Assembly (NCBI GenBank): GCA_050287085.1
Contig: JBNKBE010000018.1
Span: 1 to 64,000 of the forward strand
Reading direction: 5' to 3'
Length of the DNA stretch: 64,000 bases
Source: Polyangiaceae bacterium
GTDB lineage: Bacteria; Myxococcota_A; Polyangia; Polyangiales; Polyangiaceae
Both the position numbers and the translations under genes were made by a program. The notes beneath the pieces were generated by a model. The model made no database searches, was not told the DNA's origin, and saw only the letters and a list, made by a program, of their open reading frames with translations. Positions 39,263 to 49,628 of the stretch are shown here, piece by piece (position 1 is the stretch's first letter; each line of letters opens with the position of its first letter).

Positions 39263-39370
39263 AACGCCGTTGCCGCGTGGTGAGACAGGTGAAAACTCTG
39301 GCCACCTCGGACGCGTAGTACCCCCCGCGGGCACGAAAGGGTATCGTCACCACCGGAGAACTCCGAAGCC

Positions 39371-40798
39371 ATGAAGCACTCACGCCCGCAAGTAGCATCC
39401 CCCCCCCTCGCTGCAGCTCCTTCCACCTCGGCGCCAACGGCCCCAGCGCCCATAGCAGCCAGGTCACGTCTGGGCTCTGGGCGCGACGGCGCCCTTCCTC
39501 CTCTACTTCGCAACCCGGCGCTTGCCTCCTTGTTGCTTGCTTCCTTGCTCGGCGGCTTAACGATCGCCTGTGGTGGAGCTACCGAAGGCCAAGAAGGCAA
39601 GACAACTGACGAGGATCGGAATTCGAAGGCGGACGCAGGCAGCCCCTTTGCGGACGCAGGCAAGCCATCCACAGGTCAGTCTAGTGCTGATGAGTCTAGT
39701 GCTGATGATACGTCGGATGATGCGCCCCCAAAGGCCACGATGCCCACGGGCGTACCCAGTGAGGACACCGCCGGCATGGGAGGCACCAACTCTAGCGGAG
39801 GCCCCGCTATTCCCGGTTACCCGGATCCGCCTCAATCTATTGATGTTCCCATCGACGTTCCGGACAATTGCAAGGCCGTATTCAGCAATGTGACCACCAG
39901 CTACTGCGAATCCCACGTGGAGTGCGACGTCAGCTTCAGCGACACACATTGCTTTGAAACCACTAGGCCTGACGCCGAGGGCAAAGCTGACTGGAACTGC
40001 GACTGCATAGGTAGCACCGGAGTGGGCAGTTTCATCGTATCATCCACGACAGCGGAGGATTTGTGCCCCGCGGTAATTCAGATGTGTGCGGCGGGTGAGC
40101 TCCCAGAACCCGTCGATGCTGAGACCGAGCCAACGTGTGCACCCGAGTACAAGAGCTCCTCCCAAGAAAGCTGCAGCTATCAGCTAGACTGCAAGCAAAG
40201 CGCGTCGATAGGCGACCTGGAGGTGGACGTCGGTCAGGCCAAGGTGGCCAACTGTAACCTTGCTTCAGGCGACCAGTGGAACTGCAGCTGCTACGACGGA
40301 AACGGCGGCAGCGGCTTCGTCATTGATGATGTGGGTGATCCGTTTGACTTGTGCACAGAGGTGCGCGACCTATGTGATACCGAAACCATCGAACCGACAG
40401 GTGACATCACGTGCCGTCCTCGCCAGGTTGTTGCAGAAGACAACTTCTGCTTCGGTGCCATCAGCTGCGAACAGCAAGCAACCCTGGGCGATCGCGACGT
40501 GCTCGCGGCGGGCGAAGGCAGCGTGAACTGCGAGCTCGTCCGCGACGAGCTGCAATGCGTCTGCTACGGAGGCGCCGAAGAGATCAAGCTCTCTCTCCCC
40601 CAGGGCGACGATGTGTGGAGCTCTTGCAACGAAGCTGTCCAGATGTGCTCTGAAGCAATCGCAGAGAGCGGTGAGTTAGCGGCAGGCGGCGGGGGACAGA
40701 TGAGTGGGCCTATTATGGGAGGTCCGCCTCCGCCTCCGATACCTTTCGCCGCCACGGCGAGTGCCGCGCCCTCTGGCGGCGTTCGAACGAACCGCTAG
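39371..40798 (+). CDS. Lipoprotein with three tandem 8-Cys repeats
   Basis: GGAG SD, lipobox LTIAC, low-complexity linker (contains AGTCTAGTGCTGATG x2), three ~75-80 aa repeats each ending (W/L)xCxC...C..V..(M/L)C. Confidence 0.8.
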   Translation: MKHSRPQVASPPLAAAPSTSAPTAPAPIAARSRLGSGRDGALPPLLRNPALASLLLASLLGGLTIACGGATEGQEGKTTDEDRNSKADAGSPFADAGKPSTGQSSADESSADDTSDDAPPKATMPTGVPSEDTAGMGGTNSSGGPAIPGYPDPPQSIDVPIDVPDNCKAVFSNVTTSYCESHVECDVSFSDTHCFETTRPDAEGKADWNCDCIGSTGVGSFIVSSTTAEDLCPAVIQMCAAGELPEPVDAETEPTCAPEYKSSSQESCSYQLDCKQSASIGDLEVDVGQAKVANCNLASGDQWNCSCYDGNGGSGFVIDDVGDPFDLCTEVRDLCDTETIEPTGDITCRPRQVVAEDNFCFGAISCEQQATLGDRDVLAAGEGSVNCELVRDELQCVCYGGAEEIKLSLPQGDDVWSSCNEAVQMCSEAIAESGELAAGGGGQMSGPIMGGPPPPPIPFAATASAAPSGGVRTNR

Positions 40799-40810
40799 GG
40801 TCCCATAGGC

Positions 40811-42337
40811 TCAAAATTGCAAACCCAAGGAGCCACCGAGCAAACGCACGTGGGCTCCCTTGTGTTGCCCCTCCATCCAACTCGCGCGCCGTAGCCAGCG
40901 CGCGGACAGCGTGAAAGTCGGACGAGGGGGATAGTTCTGAGCCTCGGCTCCAACTGCCACACCGAAATCGAGGGCTATGTCGCGGGCACGCTCATCAGCG
41001 CTCAAATCCTCTTGAGTGCGATCGAGCCCTTCGAGAGAGTTCACGTAGGAAAACGAAACATTTCCTCGCAGAAAGGCACCCGCTCCAAACAGGCCGCCAT
41101 CCAGAGAGCCAACGCCACCATAGCCATAGTAGTAGCTCTGTTTACGCAAAACACTCTTGCCCACCTCTTGAGTGGTCAGCTCGCGTACCGCGCCGTAGGC
41201 AAAGGAGCGAGCCAGGGTGAACGTTGGCGCCAACGTCACTCGCAGTCGAGCCGCTAGGGCTGCCCACTGTTGATCCGTGCCGACGTAAAGCCCCGGCAAC
41301 CGCAGTTCACTCCAGCGATCTACAAATCCCGGGAGACGGAACACTCGGTACCCGAGGCCGAGGCCGGTCGCAACCCACCCCATTCCAGCTCGCCCTCCTG
41401 CGGCTGCCGAGGACCGGTAGCCCAGCAGCGACGCGTCGGCCCCGAGCTCCAAGACGCTGCCCGCGCCACCGCCGACGCTCAGCATCATCCGGGTCCAGTC
41501 ACCGTCGAAGTACCAGCCCTCGTGCGCTGATTGCGGCGCTGAATAGAGCTCGCTGTTGAAGCTTCCCTCCCACAGATGTCCGGCACTTGACCCAACGCTC
41601 GCAACTAGAGACCGCGCATCCAGCCCCAAGTGATGCGCGGTTCGAGCGGATAACCCCAAGGCGTCTCGCGGACCAGCGCACGAGCCCCGCTCACCGTCCA
41701 GCCAGCGATGTAGCATGATGGGAAAACCCACGGTCCAGGCAAGGACCGATGCGGTCGTGACGCCACAACCGCCGCCCAGGTATTCGCCCAGACGATAAAA
41801 CGCCTCACCGAATGCGAAACCTCCCCCAGGCGTCACAAGCAGGTCATTGTAGCTCGTCCTTTCCTGAAACTCGAGCCCATACTCCCAGGCCAGCGACGTC
41901 GCGAAGCTGTAGCCTAGCGCCGACCACAGGGAGAGCCCATTGCTGCGAGCGAACTCATAATACCCCGCCCCCGCAACGGGATGTCCCAGCTGGTTGACCC
42001 AGAATTCATTGTTATCGAGACGTATTGCGCCTAGTGATAGGCGCTGCTTGAGACTCAAGCGATCCCAATCGGCCAGGTTGCGCTCGAGTTCAATCCAATA
42101 CCATAGAGCCCCAAATCCTAAGAGCCCGAGCATCTCAGCGCTGGCCCGGTAGTGATAAGGTCGCGCCTCTGGAAGGGCCTGTTCGGCGGAAGGAGATACC
42201 AGCTGCTGCGCGCCCCTGTGGCTCGCGCCCTGCCGATCTGAGTTGGGCGGGTTATCAATCCCCTGTGCAGACGCGGGCTGCCCTTGGATCAGCAGCGCCA
42301 CTGCCAGAGCTTCAGCCGTTCCGCGCCGACTCCACAT
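40811..42337 (-). CDS. DUF3943-domain outer-membrane protein
   Basis: Signal peptide, DNNEFWVNQLGHPVAGAGYY..ARSNG...SLAWEY...SYNDLLVTPGGG, C-terminal beta-strands ending LGLQF. Confidence 0.78.
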   Translation of the reverse strand: MWSRRGTAEALAVALLIQGQPASAQGIDNPPNSDRQGASHRGAQQLVSPSAEQALPEARPYHYRASAEMLGLLGFGALWYWIELERNLADWDRLSLKQRLSLGAIRLDNNEFWVNQLGHPVAGAGYYEFARSNGLSLWSALGYSFATSLAWEYGLEFQERTSYNDLLVTPGGGFAFGEAFYRLGEYLGGGCGVTTASVLAWTVGFPIMLHRWLDGERGSCAGPRDALGLSARTAHHLGLDARSLVASVGSSAGHLWEGSFNSELYSAPQSAHEGWYFDGDWTRMMLSVGGGAGSVLELGADASLLGYRSSAAAGGRAGMGWVATGLGLGYRVFRLPGFVDRWSELRLPGLYVGTDQQWAALAARLRVTLAPTFTLARSFAYGAVRELTTQEVGKSVLRKQSYYYGYGGVGSLDGGLFGAGAFLRGNVSFSYVNSLEGLDRTQEDLSADERARDIALDFGVAVGAEAQNYPPRPTFTLSARWLRRASWMEGQHKGAHVRLLGGSLGLQF

Positions 42338-43568
42338 TCCAATCCTGGCCGCTCAACTCATTCTCCAGACCCGGCAAGCGACGCAGTCGTTCTTGTGCGC
42401 TAGGCGTCCAGAATCGCATCTTGTAGAACGTTCCGTTTAGCTGCGAGCCATGCTTCAACCAACGAATGTAGCGTGAAACAAGCGTCCTACTCACAGGAGC
42501 GGGCTCAGCAAAGAACGCATCCAAGTCTTGAGATGAAGTACAGGCAAGATACACGCTATCGTCCAAACACTTGACCGGAGTGCCGTGATAGAGCGACGAA
42601 ATCCCCACGGTGCTGTTGATTACGACGGTACCGAGGGCTCCTCGCAGCAGCTTTGGAAGATGAATGTCGTGCACATAGCAGATTCTTCCCTGAAGCCCCA
42701 ATTCGGATTCTAGGCTTTCAATAAATCGTCCGTAGTGACGATGACCACGGTCACGTGGATGATGCTTGAGAACCAAGACGACGTCCGGCCCTGCCGAGCG
42801 TGCAAATGCCTCTACGACTTCTCGAATGAAGTCCTTCACATCCGCAAAGCGAGAGTTGAGCACCTGGAAGTCGTCGTACACCTGAAGTGGAGCAACGAAG
42901 TACCCCCCCTTGCAACTCGCCACCCAGCGCTGAAAGCCGCGCTGCTGCCAGCCGTAGTAGAACTTCCGTCCAAAGCTCCGCCACCACACCCCTGCCTGGC
43001 GCCAGGGCTCCCAGCGCCTGTGATGCTGGTATGAAGGAAAGCCACCGGAAAAGTAGGCCAAGACCAGGGCGTAGACCATCGCGTACCACGCAGCATGGAA
43101 GAACGTATTGCCAACAGGCTCCGGCGTGGGCGCAGGCGGCAGCTCCTGACGCTGAAAGAACTCGGGAGTGCGAGGAATTGAACTGTGAAAGTTGGTGCCT
43201 CCCAGTTCGAATGTCACGTAGTCAGGTCTGAGATATCCCTCCTCGAAGCAGTGGCAGGTGATGCCGTGCTCCGCAGCCTTCTGTCTGGCAACGACGTGGT
43301 AACGCCGACTATCACCAAACATGAAAAGGGCATCAGGACGGAACTCGCTGAGCAAGCCATCCAGATATCTCGGCCATTCCTCCAGGGTTCCGCGGAACGC
43401 AACACGTTCAATGCCTCGTGAGTACCACGCATCAGCGGCATTGAGGTCCACCTTCAGAGTCGTCGCACCAGCCGCCTCGAGACCACAGGCCAACGTGCGA
43501 AAAAAAGGACCGACGGGACCTTGCAGAAGCAACACACGACGATTCGCGAATCGCTCAAAGATCGTCAT
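42312..43568 (-). CDS. kpsS: Capsule Kdo transferase KpsS
   Basis: VLLLQGPVGPFF, FEEGYLRPDYVT, LQVYDD, KHHPRDRG, HDIHLP, INSTVGISSL, SQLNGTFY. Confidence 0.9.
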   Translation of the reverse strand: MTIFERFANRRVLLLQGPVGPFFRTLACGLEAAGATTLKVDLNAADAWYSRGIERVAFRGTLEEWPRYLDGLLSEFRPDALFMFGDSRRYHVVARQKAAEHGITCHCFEEGYLRPDYVTFELGGTNFHSSIPRTPEFFQRQELPPAPTPEPVGNTFFHAAWYAMVYALVLAYFSGGFPSYQHHRRWEPWRQAGVWWRSFGRKFYYGWQQRGFQRWVASCKGGYFVAPLQVYDDFQVLNSRFADVKDFIREVVEAFARSAGPDVVLVLKHHPRDRGHRHYGRFIESLESELGLQGRICYVHDIHLPKLLRGALGTVVINSTVGISSLYHGTPVKCLDDSVYLACTSSQDLDAFFAEPAPVSRTLVSRYIRWLKHGSQLNGTFYKMRFWTPSAQERLRRLPGLENELSGQDWNVESARNG

Positions 43569-43569
43569 G

Positions 43570-45663
43570 TTATCCCCAAATCTCCGCCCATGCCGCGGCA
43601 AGGTAGCGCCGCGTCCTAAGCAGCTTGTGCCCTGCGGGCCATTGAGCAATGCGGAGCGCCTGCGATCCACGTGTCACTTCGCGTTCCAGCGCCGTTACGG
43701 TCTGTTCCGGAGTCGCAAAGTAACCACTTGCAGGGTCTACGTAGTGGGGATAACGCAGTAGGACACCAGCCGCGAGCTCGTTGAGCGCCAGCACCCGCCG
43801 TCGTCGTGAGCAGCGAATCCGATCCTCGGTCAACCCCCAACCCGAGTAAAATGGCTGTCCGTAGGTGACCACACGTCGGTCGCGCAGCAGCGCTTCGAAG
43901 CCGACCAACGACGTCATGGTATGCACCTCATCGGATACCTCTATGGCATCTACCACGCTGACGTCACGAATGACACGATCACAATACTGGAGTGCCAGCG
44001 CGTCCGCCACGGACCCAGGGCGATTCCCTGCCTCCACATCGGGGTGAGGCTTGAACAAGACGAACGCATCAGGTGACGCTTTGCGAACGGCCTGCAGCAA
44101 TTCGAGATTAGTTTTCACCGCACCGGCACCGCAGCGCAGCGAGGCGTCATTTTCAACTTGCCCGGGCACCAGAATGACCGGCTTTGACGTCTGACGCGGC
44201 AACGTGAGCAACACGCGAGACCGTGGATTGTACTTGCTCAAGCGAAGACGCTTGAGGCGGGCAACGAGTCGTTCCGCCCGCTGAAGCTCTGACGATTGGA
44301 ATGAGTGCTGCGAAAGGATTACTTCCAGGTCGCTCGCCCGAGATGGATCGTAATAGACCCCCGTTCGATCGAGAACCAGCGAACGGGGCGGCGTCAGATC
44401 GGACCCAAGTCCCACTGAACGGATGAAGCCGTCTTCCATGCGCTCGAGCCGCACGCCATGGGTCCGGCACAGCTTCTCAATTGCCGTGGAGCGCCGGCTT
44501 CCCCACACGACGGCGCGCGACTGAGGCCCAAATCCGCGCCGCTCTGCCAGACGCGGCTCGCTGACAAATACCAGTTCGCCTGACGCCGATTGAAGGTAGG
44601 GACGCACGTGCGGGCGCTTCCACACCGGAAACCCAAAGCAGAAGATGCGACCGTTGTTGGCCGCCCGACAGCTCTGCTGATGTATCAAGTGGGCGACGGC
44701 CTCCAGAGCGCTGCACCTCTCGCCCGTTACGGGGTCCACATACCTCGTATAGTCCACGTAGGCCGCCGCAACGAGCTCCTCTAGAGAGCGTCGCCCCGCA
44801 CTGCGTAGCGACGCCCTGCGGTCATCGGTAAGCCCCCATCCCGCGTAGAACGGAGTGCCAAAACAAGTAACCGGCTTGCGATGAAAGAGCGCCTCCAAGC
44901 CAACCTGAGAACTCGCGACGTATACGCGAGCCGCTCGCTCGAGTAGCAGGTGCGTGTTGATGTTCTCGTGTATCCACAGGACGTCTGGGGGAATCGACCG
45001 AGCTTTGCCAATGGCCGAGCCTCCGCGGGCGCGTGCCGCCGGATGTCCCTTGATCAAGACGGCCGCCCCGGGATTTTCCGCCACCGCAGCCTCGACCATC
45101 GCCTCAAACGCTGTGCCGCCCGCTGCGCCAAGCCTAACAGACTCATCGCTTGCCACTTGATCGACTATTAGTACGAACTCGCTCGGGAGATTGGCGAGGC
45201 GAGCGTCGGCATCATAGGCCGCCGCATTGTATTTCGAGAGCCTGTGGCTGACGAGCTGTTCCACAAGCCGTCGAGCGGCGTCGAGAGTCGAAGCATCTCT
45301 TCCCTCCCGCTCTATCAGACGCTCGAGACGACTTGCCCGCGGATCGTAGTAGATACCTAGGTCGTCAATAACCAGCGACACCGACGGCTGTCGGCGCCCC
45401 GGAAAGACCGAACGGACGAATCCGTCTTCGAGCCGCAGGAGTGGAACGCCATGCTTCTTGGCGAAGCGCTCTGCCGGCAACGCAGTTCGGCGACGCCCCC
45501 AGCCTACCACATAGTCGATCCCATTTGACGAACGGGGACGAAAGGCCACCTCCCGCGCTCCTAGAAAGGTTCGGAGATGAGGGAGTTGCCAGATGCCGCT
45601 CGAGAATACGGCCGCTCTGCCCGCTAGTAGTTGATCGAGCTCAGCCGTGCTCAACAACGTCAA
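43570..45663 (-). CDS. kpsC: Capsule beta-Kdo transferase KpsC (two GT107-type domains)
   Basis: Duplicated motifs LEDGFVRS/MEDGFIRS, SKYN x2, QVASD/QVEND, KGHP/KPHP, PFYAGWGLT/PFYSGWGLT. Confidence 0.92.
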   Translation of the reverse strand: MTLLSTAELDQLLAGRAAVFSSGIWQLPHLRTFLGAREVAFRPRSSNGIDYVVGWGRRRTALPAERFAKKHGVPLLRLEDGFVRSVFPGRRQPSVSLVIDDLGIYYDPRASRLERLIEREGRDASTLDAARRLVEQLVSHRLSKYNAAAYDADARLANLPSEFVLIVDQVASDESVRLGAAGGTAFEAMVEAAVAENPGAAVLIKGHPAARARGGSAIGKARSIPPDVLWIHENINTHLLLERAARVYVASSQVGLEALFHRKPVTCFGTPFYAGWGLTDDRRASLRSAGRRSLEELVAAAYVDYTRYVDPVTGERCSALEAVAHLIHQQSCRAANNGRIFCFGFPVWKRPHVRPYLQSASGELVFVSEPRLAERRGFGPQSRAVVWGSRRSTAIEKLCRTHGVRLERMEDGFIRSVGLGSDLTPPRSLVLDRTGVYYDPSRASDLEVILSQHSFQSSELQRAERLVARLKRLRLSKYNPRSRVLLTLPRQTSKPVILVPGQVENDASLRCGAGAVKTNLELLQAVRKASPDAFVLFKPHPDVEAGNRPGSVADALALQYCDRVIRDVSVVDAIEVSDEVHTMTSLVGFEALLRDRRVVTYGQPFYSGWGLTEDRIRCSRRRRVLALNELAAGVLLRYPHYVDPASGYFATPEQTVTALEREVTRGSQALRIAQWPAGHKLLRTRRYLAAAWAEIWG

Positions 45664-45672
45664 ACTCCAGAC

Positions 45673-47004
45673 TTACCCCTTGGAGGTCGCTCGTTGTTGT
45701 AGCAAACGGATAACCCGCTCGACGTCGGCCGGAACATCGACGCCGTGGCCTGGTGCTTCTTGGATCACCGTCGTGTGAATCTCAATCCCAAGTGAAAGCG
45801 CCCGGAGCTGCTCCAGCGACTCCAGCATCTCAATTGCCGAAGGAGAGGCCGTCGCAAGGCGACGAAGTGTATCAACGCGATAGCCGTAGATTCCTAGATG
45901 TCTGAAGAAGGGCGCGCCCTCCGGTAGCGAGACCACCTCCCCTTTTCCAAATACCTCGCGTGCCCATGGAATCGGCGCTCGACTGAAGTAGCGGGCCCAA
46001 CCGCGATCGTCGAGCACGACCTTGACGACGTTGGGATCGAAGACGTCCGCGGCAATACGAATCGGTGTAGCCAACGTCGCCATGCCGACTCGCGTATCCC
46101 GAGTCAGCGCGCTCGCGACGGAACTCAATAGCGCACCCGGCACGAGCGGCTCATCGCCCTGCAAGTTCACGACAATGTGTTCTGGAGCCCATCCACAAAC
46201 GTCTGCGACCTCCCACAACCGATCGGTGCCCGACGTGTGGTCGCTGCGGGTCATTTGACACTGGCCGCCGAAGCCCTCAACCGCCTTTGCCACTCGAGCA
46301 TCATCCGTTGCTACGATCACGCGTTCCGCCCCGGAGCTCAGAGCGTTTTCCACGACGCGCTCGATCATGAGCTTTCCGTCGAGATCGACCAGCGGCTTGC
46401 CGGGAAGGCGGGAGGATGCATACCGCGCCGGAATGACGACAGAAAATTTGGGCTCTGGCGGCGCCCCTCGCCCATCCACGTACGCGTGGATGAAGGCCTC
46501 AAACGACGGCACTCGAGCCCGAATCAGAGCTTCTGCAAACTCACGAACGGCGCCCTCACCACCACGCGCTTTTGCAACCCAGGTCGCTCCCGCACGCACT
46601 AGCTCATGTGCGTCGGCGACAGCGGCCGACACCCCCGCAACGCCCAACGCCGGAAGGTCAATCAGGTCGTCACCCATAAAGGCGACCTGACCCAAGGGTA
46701 TGCCGAGCTCTTCCGCCATGGCGGAAAGCGCCCTGCGCTTACCGCTCTCGCCCAGGCGCACATGGCGGATCCCGAGCTCTCGCAGACGTGTAGCAAGCGC
46801 TTGAGAGCTGCGAGCGCTAATAACCCCGACCTCGATACCGGCTGCCTGAAGCAACTTCATGCCGAGCCCATCGCGAGCGTTGAATCCTTTTAGCTGTTCA
46901 CCTTCCGCGCCATAATACAACGCACCGTTGGTCAACACACCGTCAACGTCGAAAACCGCCAAGCGGATGCCGGAAAGGGGCACCTCTGCACTGTTGCTAC
47001 TCAT
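45673..47004 (-). CDS. Fused Kdo-8-phosphate phosphatase (KdsC) and CMP-Kdo synthetase (KdsB/KpsU)
   Basis: N-half: [28 protein letters not shown]-half: [50 protein letters not shown]. Confidence 0.92.
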   Translation of the reverse strand: MSSNSAEVPLSGIRLAVFDVDGVLTNGALYYGAEGEQLKGFNARDGLGMKLLQAAGIEVGVISARSSQALATRLRELGIRHVRLGESGKRRALSAMAEELGIPLGQVAFMGDDLIDLPALGVAGVSAAVADAHELVRAGATWVAKARGGEGAVREFAEALIRARVPSFEAFIHAYVDGRGAPPEPKFSVVIPARYASSRLPGKPLVDLDGKLMIERVVENALSSGAERVIVATDDARVAKAVEGFGGQCQMTRSDHTSGTDRLWEVADVCGWAPEHIVVNLQGDEPLVPGALLSSVASALTRDTRVGMATLATPIRIAADVFDPNVVKVVLDDRGWARYFSRAPIPWAREVFGKGEVVSLPEGAPFFRHLGIYGYRVDTLRRLATASPSAIEMLESLEQLRALSLGIEIHTTVIQEAPGHGVDVPADVERVIRLLQQRATSKG

Positions 47005-47044
47005 GGTCAGGACCCTGCTTCGCTACTGCGCTTGCAGCCGTTGC

Positions 47045-47887
47045 TCACTTCGCGTCCAAGAGCTCTTCTACGTAGGGCGAAGCCTTCACCACCCGATCGA
47101 TCGCTATCAGCGGCTCGAGTACTTCACTCATGCGGGCGAGCGGCCACATATTGGGACCGTCGCTTGGCGCGTTGTCCGGGTCCGGGTGTGTTTCCATGAA
47201 GACCCCCGCAATTCCCGCCGCCACCGCAGCGCGCGCAAGCACTGGCACCATCTGACGTTGCCCCCCAGATGTCTTGCCCTGTCCACCAGGCTGCTGCACG
47301 GAGTGGGTCGCGTCAAATACAACGGGACAACCTGTCTGCCGCATGACGGCCAAGCCGCGCATGTCTGAAATCAAGGTGTTGTAGCCGAAGGACACGCCGC
47401 GCTCACACAACATGACGTTCGAGTTACCTGCCTGACGACACTTCTCGACCACGTTTTCCATATCCCACGGAGCCTGAAACTGGCCCTTCTTGATATTCAT
47501 GGGCTTCCCGGCACGCGCCACGCGCTGCATGAAATTGGTCTGGCGCACCAAGAAGGCGGGCGTCTGAACCACGTCCACCACCGAGGCGACTTCGTCAATA
47601 GGGGTATCTTCGTGCACGTCCGTGAGCACAGGCACCCCAATCTCCGTGCGAATCCGCTGAAGTATCTTAAGCCCCGCCTCCACCCCGGGTCCCCGAAAGG
47701 ACGAGGCTGAAGTGCGGTTTGCCTTGTCAAAGCTCGACTTGAATACGAAGTGAATACCCAGCTTCTGCGTTAGCTCTTTGAGCTGACCCGCAATCTCGAG
47801 CATGAAGGCCTCCTCTTCGATCACGCAGGGTCCCGCAATCAGAAAGAGCGGCTCACGATTGCCTATTTTGACGTCATTCAACTTCAT
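47045..47887 (-). CDS. kdsA: Kdo-8-phosphate synthase
   Basis: [53 protein letters not shown]. Confidence 0.96.
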   Translation of the reverse strand: MKLNDVKIGNREPLFLIAGPCVIEEEAFMLEIAGQLKELTQKLGIHFVFKSSFDKANRTSASSFRGPGVEAGLKILQRIRTEIGVPVLTDVHEDTPIDEVASVVDVVQTPAFLVRQTNFMQRVARAGKPMNIKKGQFQAPWDMENVVEKCRQAGNSNVMLCERGVSFGYNTLISDMRGLAVMRQTGCPVVFDATHSVQQPGGQGKTSGGQRQMVPVLARAAVAAGIAGVFMETHPDPDNAPSDGPNMWPLARMSEVLEPLIAIDRVVKASPYVEELLDAK

Positions 47888-49611
47888 CTGAACACCGGAG
47901 ATAACACGACCGCTGCGGCAACGGCCACCTGATAGATGATCTGGGTAATGTCCGCGACGTTCTGCAGATACTTGGTATCGACCTCGGGTGGAACGAGAAT
48001 TTCGTCGCCCGGCCGTATCGGAGCGTCCAGATCCCCCATATGCACTTCTGCGTTGGCTCGCAGAACAATGACTTTGCCGGTATCGGCGCGGTCCGTGAAG
48101 CCGCCACTCATCTCAACATAGTCCTCGGCGCGCAGGCCCTCCTGGTACATCACGGCCTGCGCCATCAGCACCTCCCCGCTCACGCGTACGACATTGGTCT
48201 TGGACGGGATGACGATGGTGTCGTTGGGTTCCAGAATGATGTTCTGCTGGGCGCCCCCGGCAGTTGTCACCACCCTACCTATCGGCTGGATCAACCGGGC
48301 CCGTTCGACGAACTTCCGGGTAAGATCCGCTTCTTTGACCCGAATGTCGCTCTCGCCGTTGGAGCTGGATAGGGCAAGCAACGCGCTGCGCTCTAGCCGA
48401 AACAGCCCGTCCTCGATGGAGTCCTTCTGAGCCTGTGCGACCGAGACTCGCCGGAGATGGATGGCCTTCACATCCGCCAGCGTCGGATCCACCGGAATGT
48501 GATTGAGCACGTCCACCAGGCGGGCGCCGCGCCGGACGCTGAGGGTACCCGGTCCAAGGGTTTCACCTGCAACCTTCACTGAAATCGTCTGGGCGGTGAG
48601 GTCCTGACGCACGACGATGCTGTCGCCGTCCTGTAGCTGGAAAGCGGCGAACGCCTGAATGGGCAAGGTCTGCTGAAATGGCAGTCCCCCGCGAATGCCG
48701 CTCACCGTAACGTTGGTCGCAAGCGCCGATTCGGCAATGATGCCGAGCGCGTCCGAGCCGAGGTGCGCACCCGGTTTGAATTCCACCCAGCTGGGCGTGG
48801 AAACATCGCCGCCGACCAGGACCACCGGTCCCCGCCGATGCACCAGCACGACGTCACCCTCTTGAAATTGGGCCGTATCGACCCGCCCTTCCAACAGGAA
48901 GTCATAGAGATCGATGCTTCTGACCGTTTGTCCGTCACGAAGGACATCAATGCTCCGATAACTTCCAAGTTGTGCGTCAATTCCCCCGGCTTGGTCGAGA
49001 AAGAAGAGAATCGAGTCGCTCGGCACGCCGCCATAACGCCCGGGCCGGCGTACCCCCCCAGTTACGAAGACCCCCACCGGCTTGGCGGTGATGAGGTTGG
49101 TGTAGACGCTCACGTAGCGCGTGTAAACCCGCTTGATGGCGCTCTCAACCACAGCGGTCAGCTCCGCATTGCGAACCCCAGCTAGATGAATAGGACCGAT
49201 CTCCGGAACGAAGATGTTCCCCTGGCCATCGACCACGAAGGTCTGGTTGATCTGCACCGACCCCCAGCTGTTCAGTGCCACGTGGTCACCCGGCATGATG
49301 CGGTAGTTCGCGTTGACCCCGTCCTCTCGCGCGTGGAGGAAGTTGCCCGCGAAAAGTCGACTGCCAAAGGGTAGCGGTCCGGCACCCTCCGCTTCGCTAT
49401 GCGGCGGAAGCAGCGGCCTCGTGGGCGGCGCGGGGGCAGCTGCCCGAGCCTCCTCGAAGGCGTCCGCGGCCCGGGCCGGTCCCGCCACCAACCAACAAGC
49501 CAAGGCGAGCAATCCTAGGACATGGCCCGTCGTCCCTCCACGACAAAGCGCGCGCCAAGGGCCCATACCCAGGCTAGCAAGTACTGAATCGAACATGGTG
49601 CGAGCTCTCAT
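47884..49611 (-). CDS. kpsD: Capsule export OPX protein with SLBB domains (KpsD-like)
   Basis: [64 protein letters not shown]. Start uncertain. Confidence 0.85.
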   Translation of the reverse strand: MRARTMFDSVLASLGMGPWRALCRGGTTGHVLGLLALACWLVAGPARAADAFEEARAAAPAPPTRPLLPPHSEAEGAGPLPFGSRLFAGNFLHAREDGVNANYRIMPGDHVALNSWGSVQINQTFVVDGQGNIFVPEIGPIHLAGVRNAELTAVVESAIKRVYTRYVSVYTNLITAKPVGVFVTGGVRRPGRYGGVPSDSILFFLDQAGGIDAQLGSYRSIDVLRDGQTVRSIDLYDFLLEGRVDTAQFQEGDVVLVHRRGPVVLVGGDVSTPSWVEFKPGAHLGSDALGIIAESALATNVTVSGIRGGLPFQQTLPIQAFAAFQLQDGDSIVVRQDLTAQTISVKVAGETLGPGTLSVRRGARLVDVLNHIPVDPTLADVKAIHLRRVSVAQAQKDSIEDGLFRLERSALLALSSSNGESDIRVKEADLTRKFVERARLIQPIGRVVTTAGGAQQNIILEPNDTIVIPSKTNVVRVSGEVLMAQAVMYQEGLRAEDYVEMSGGFTDRADTGKVIVLRANAEVHMGDLDAPIRPGDEILVPPEVDTKYLQNVADITQIIYQVAVAAAVVLSPVFR

Positions 49612-49628
49612 CCCTTTCAAGTCGGCGC

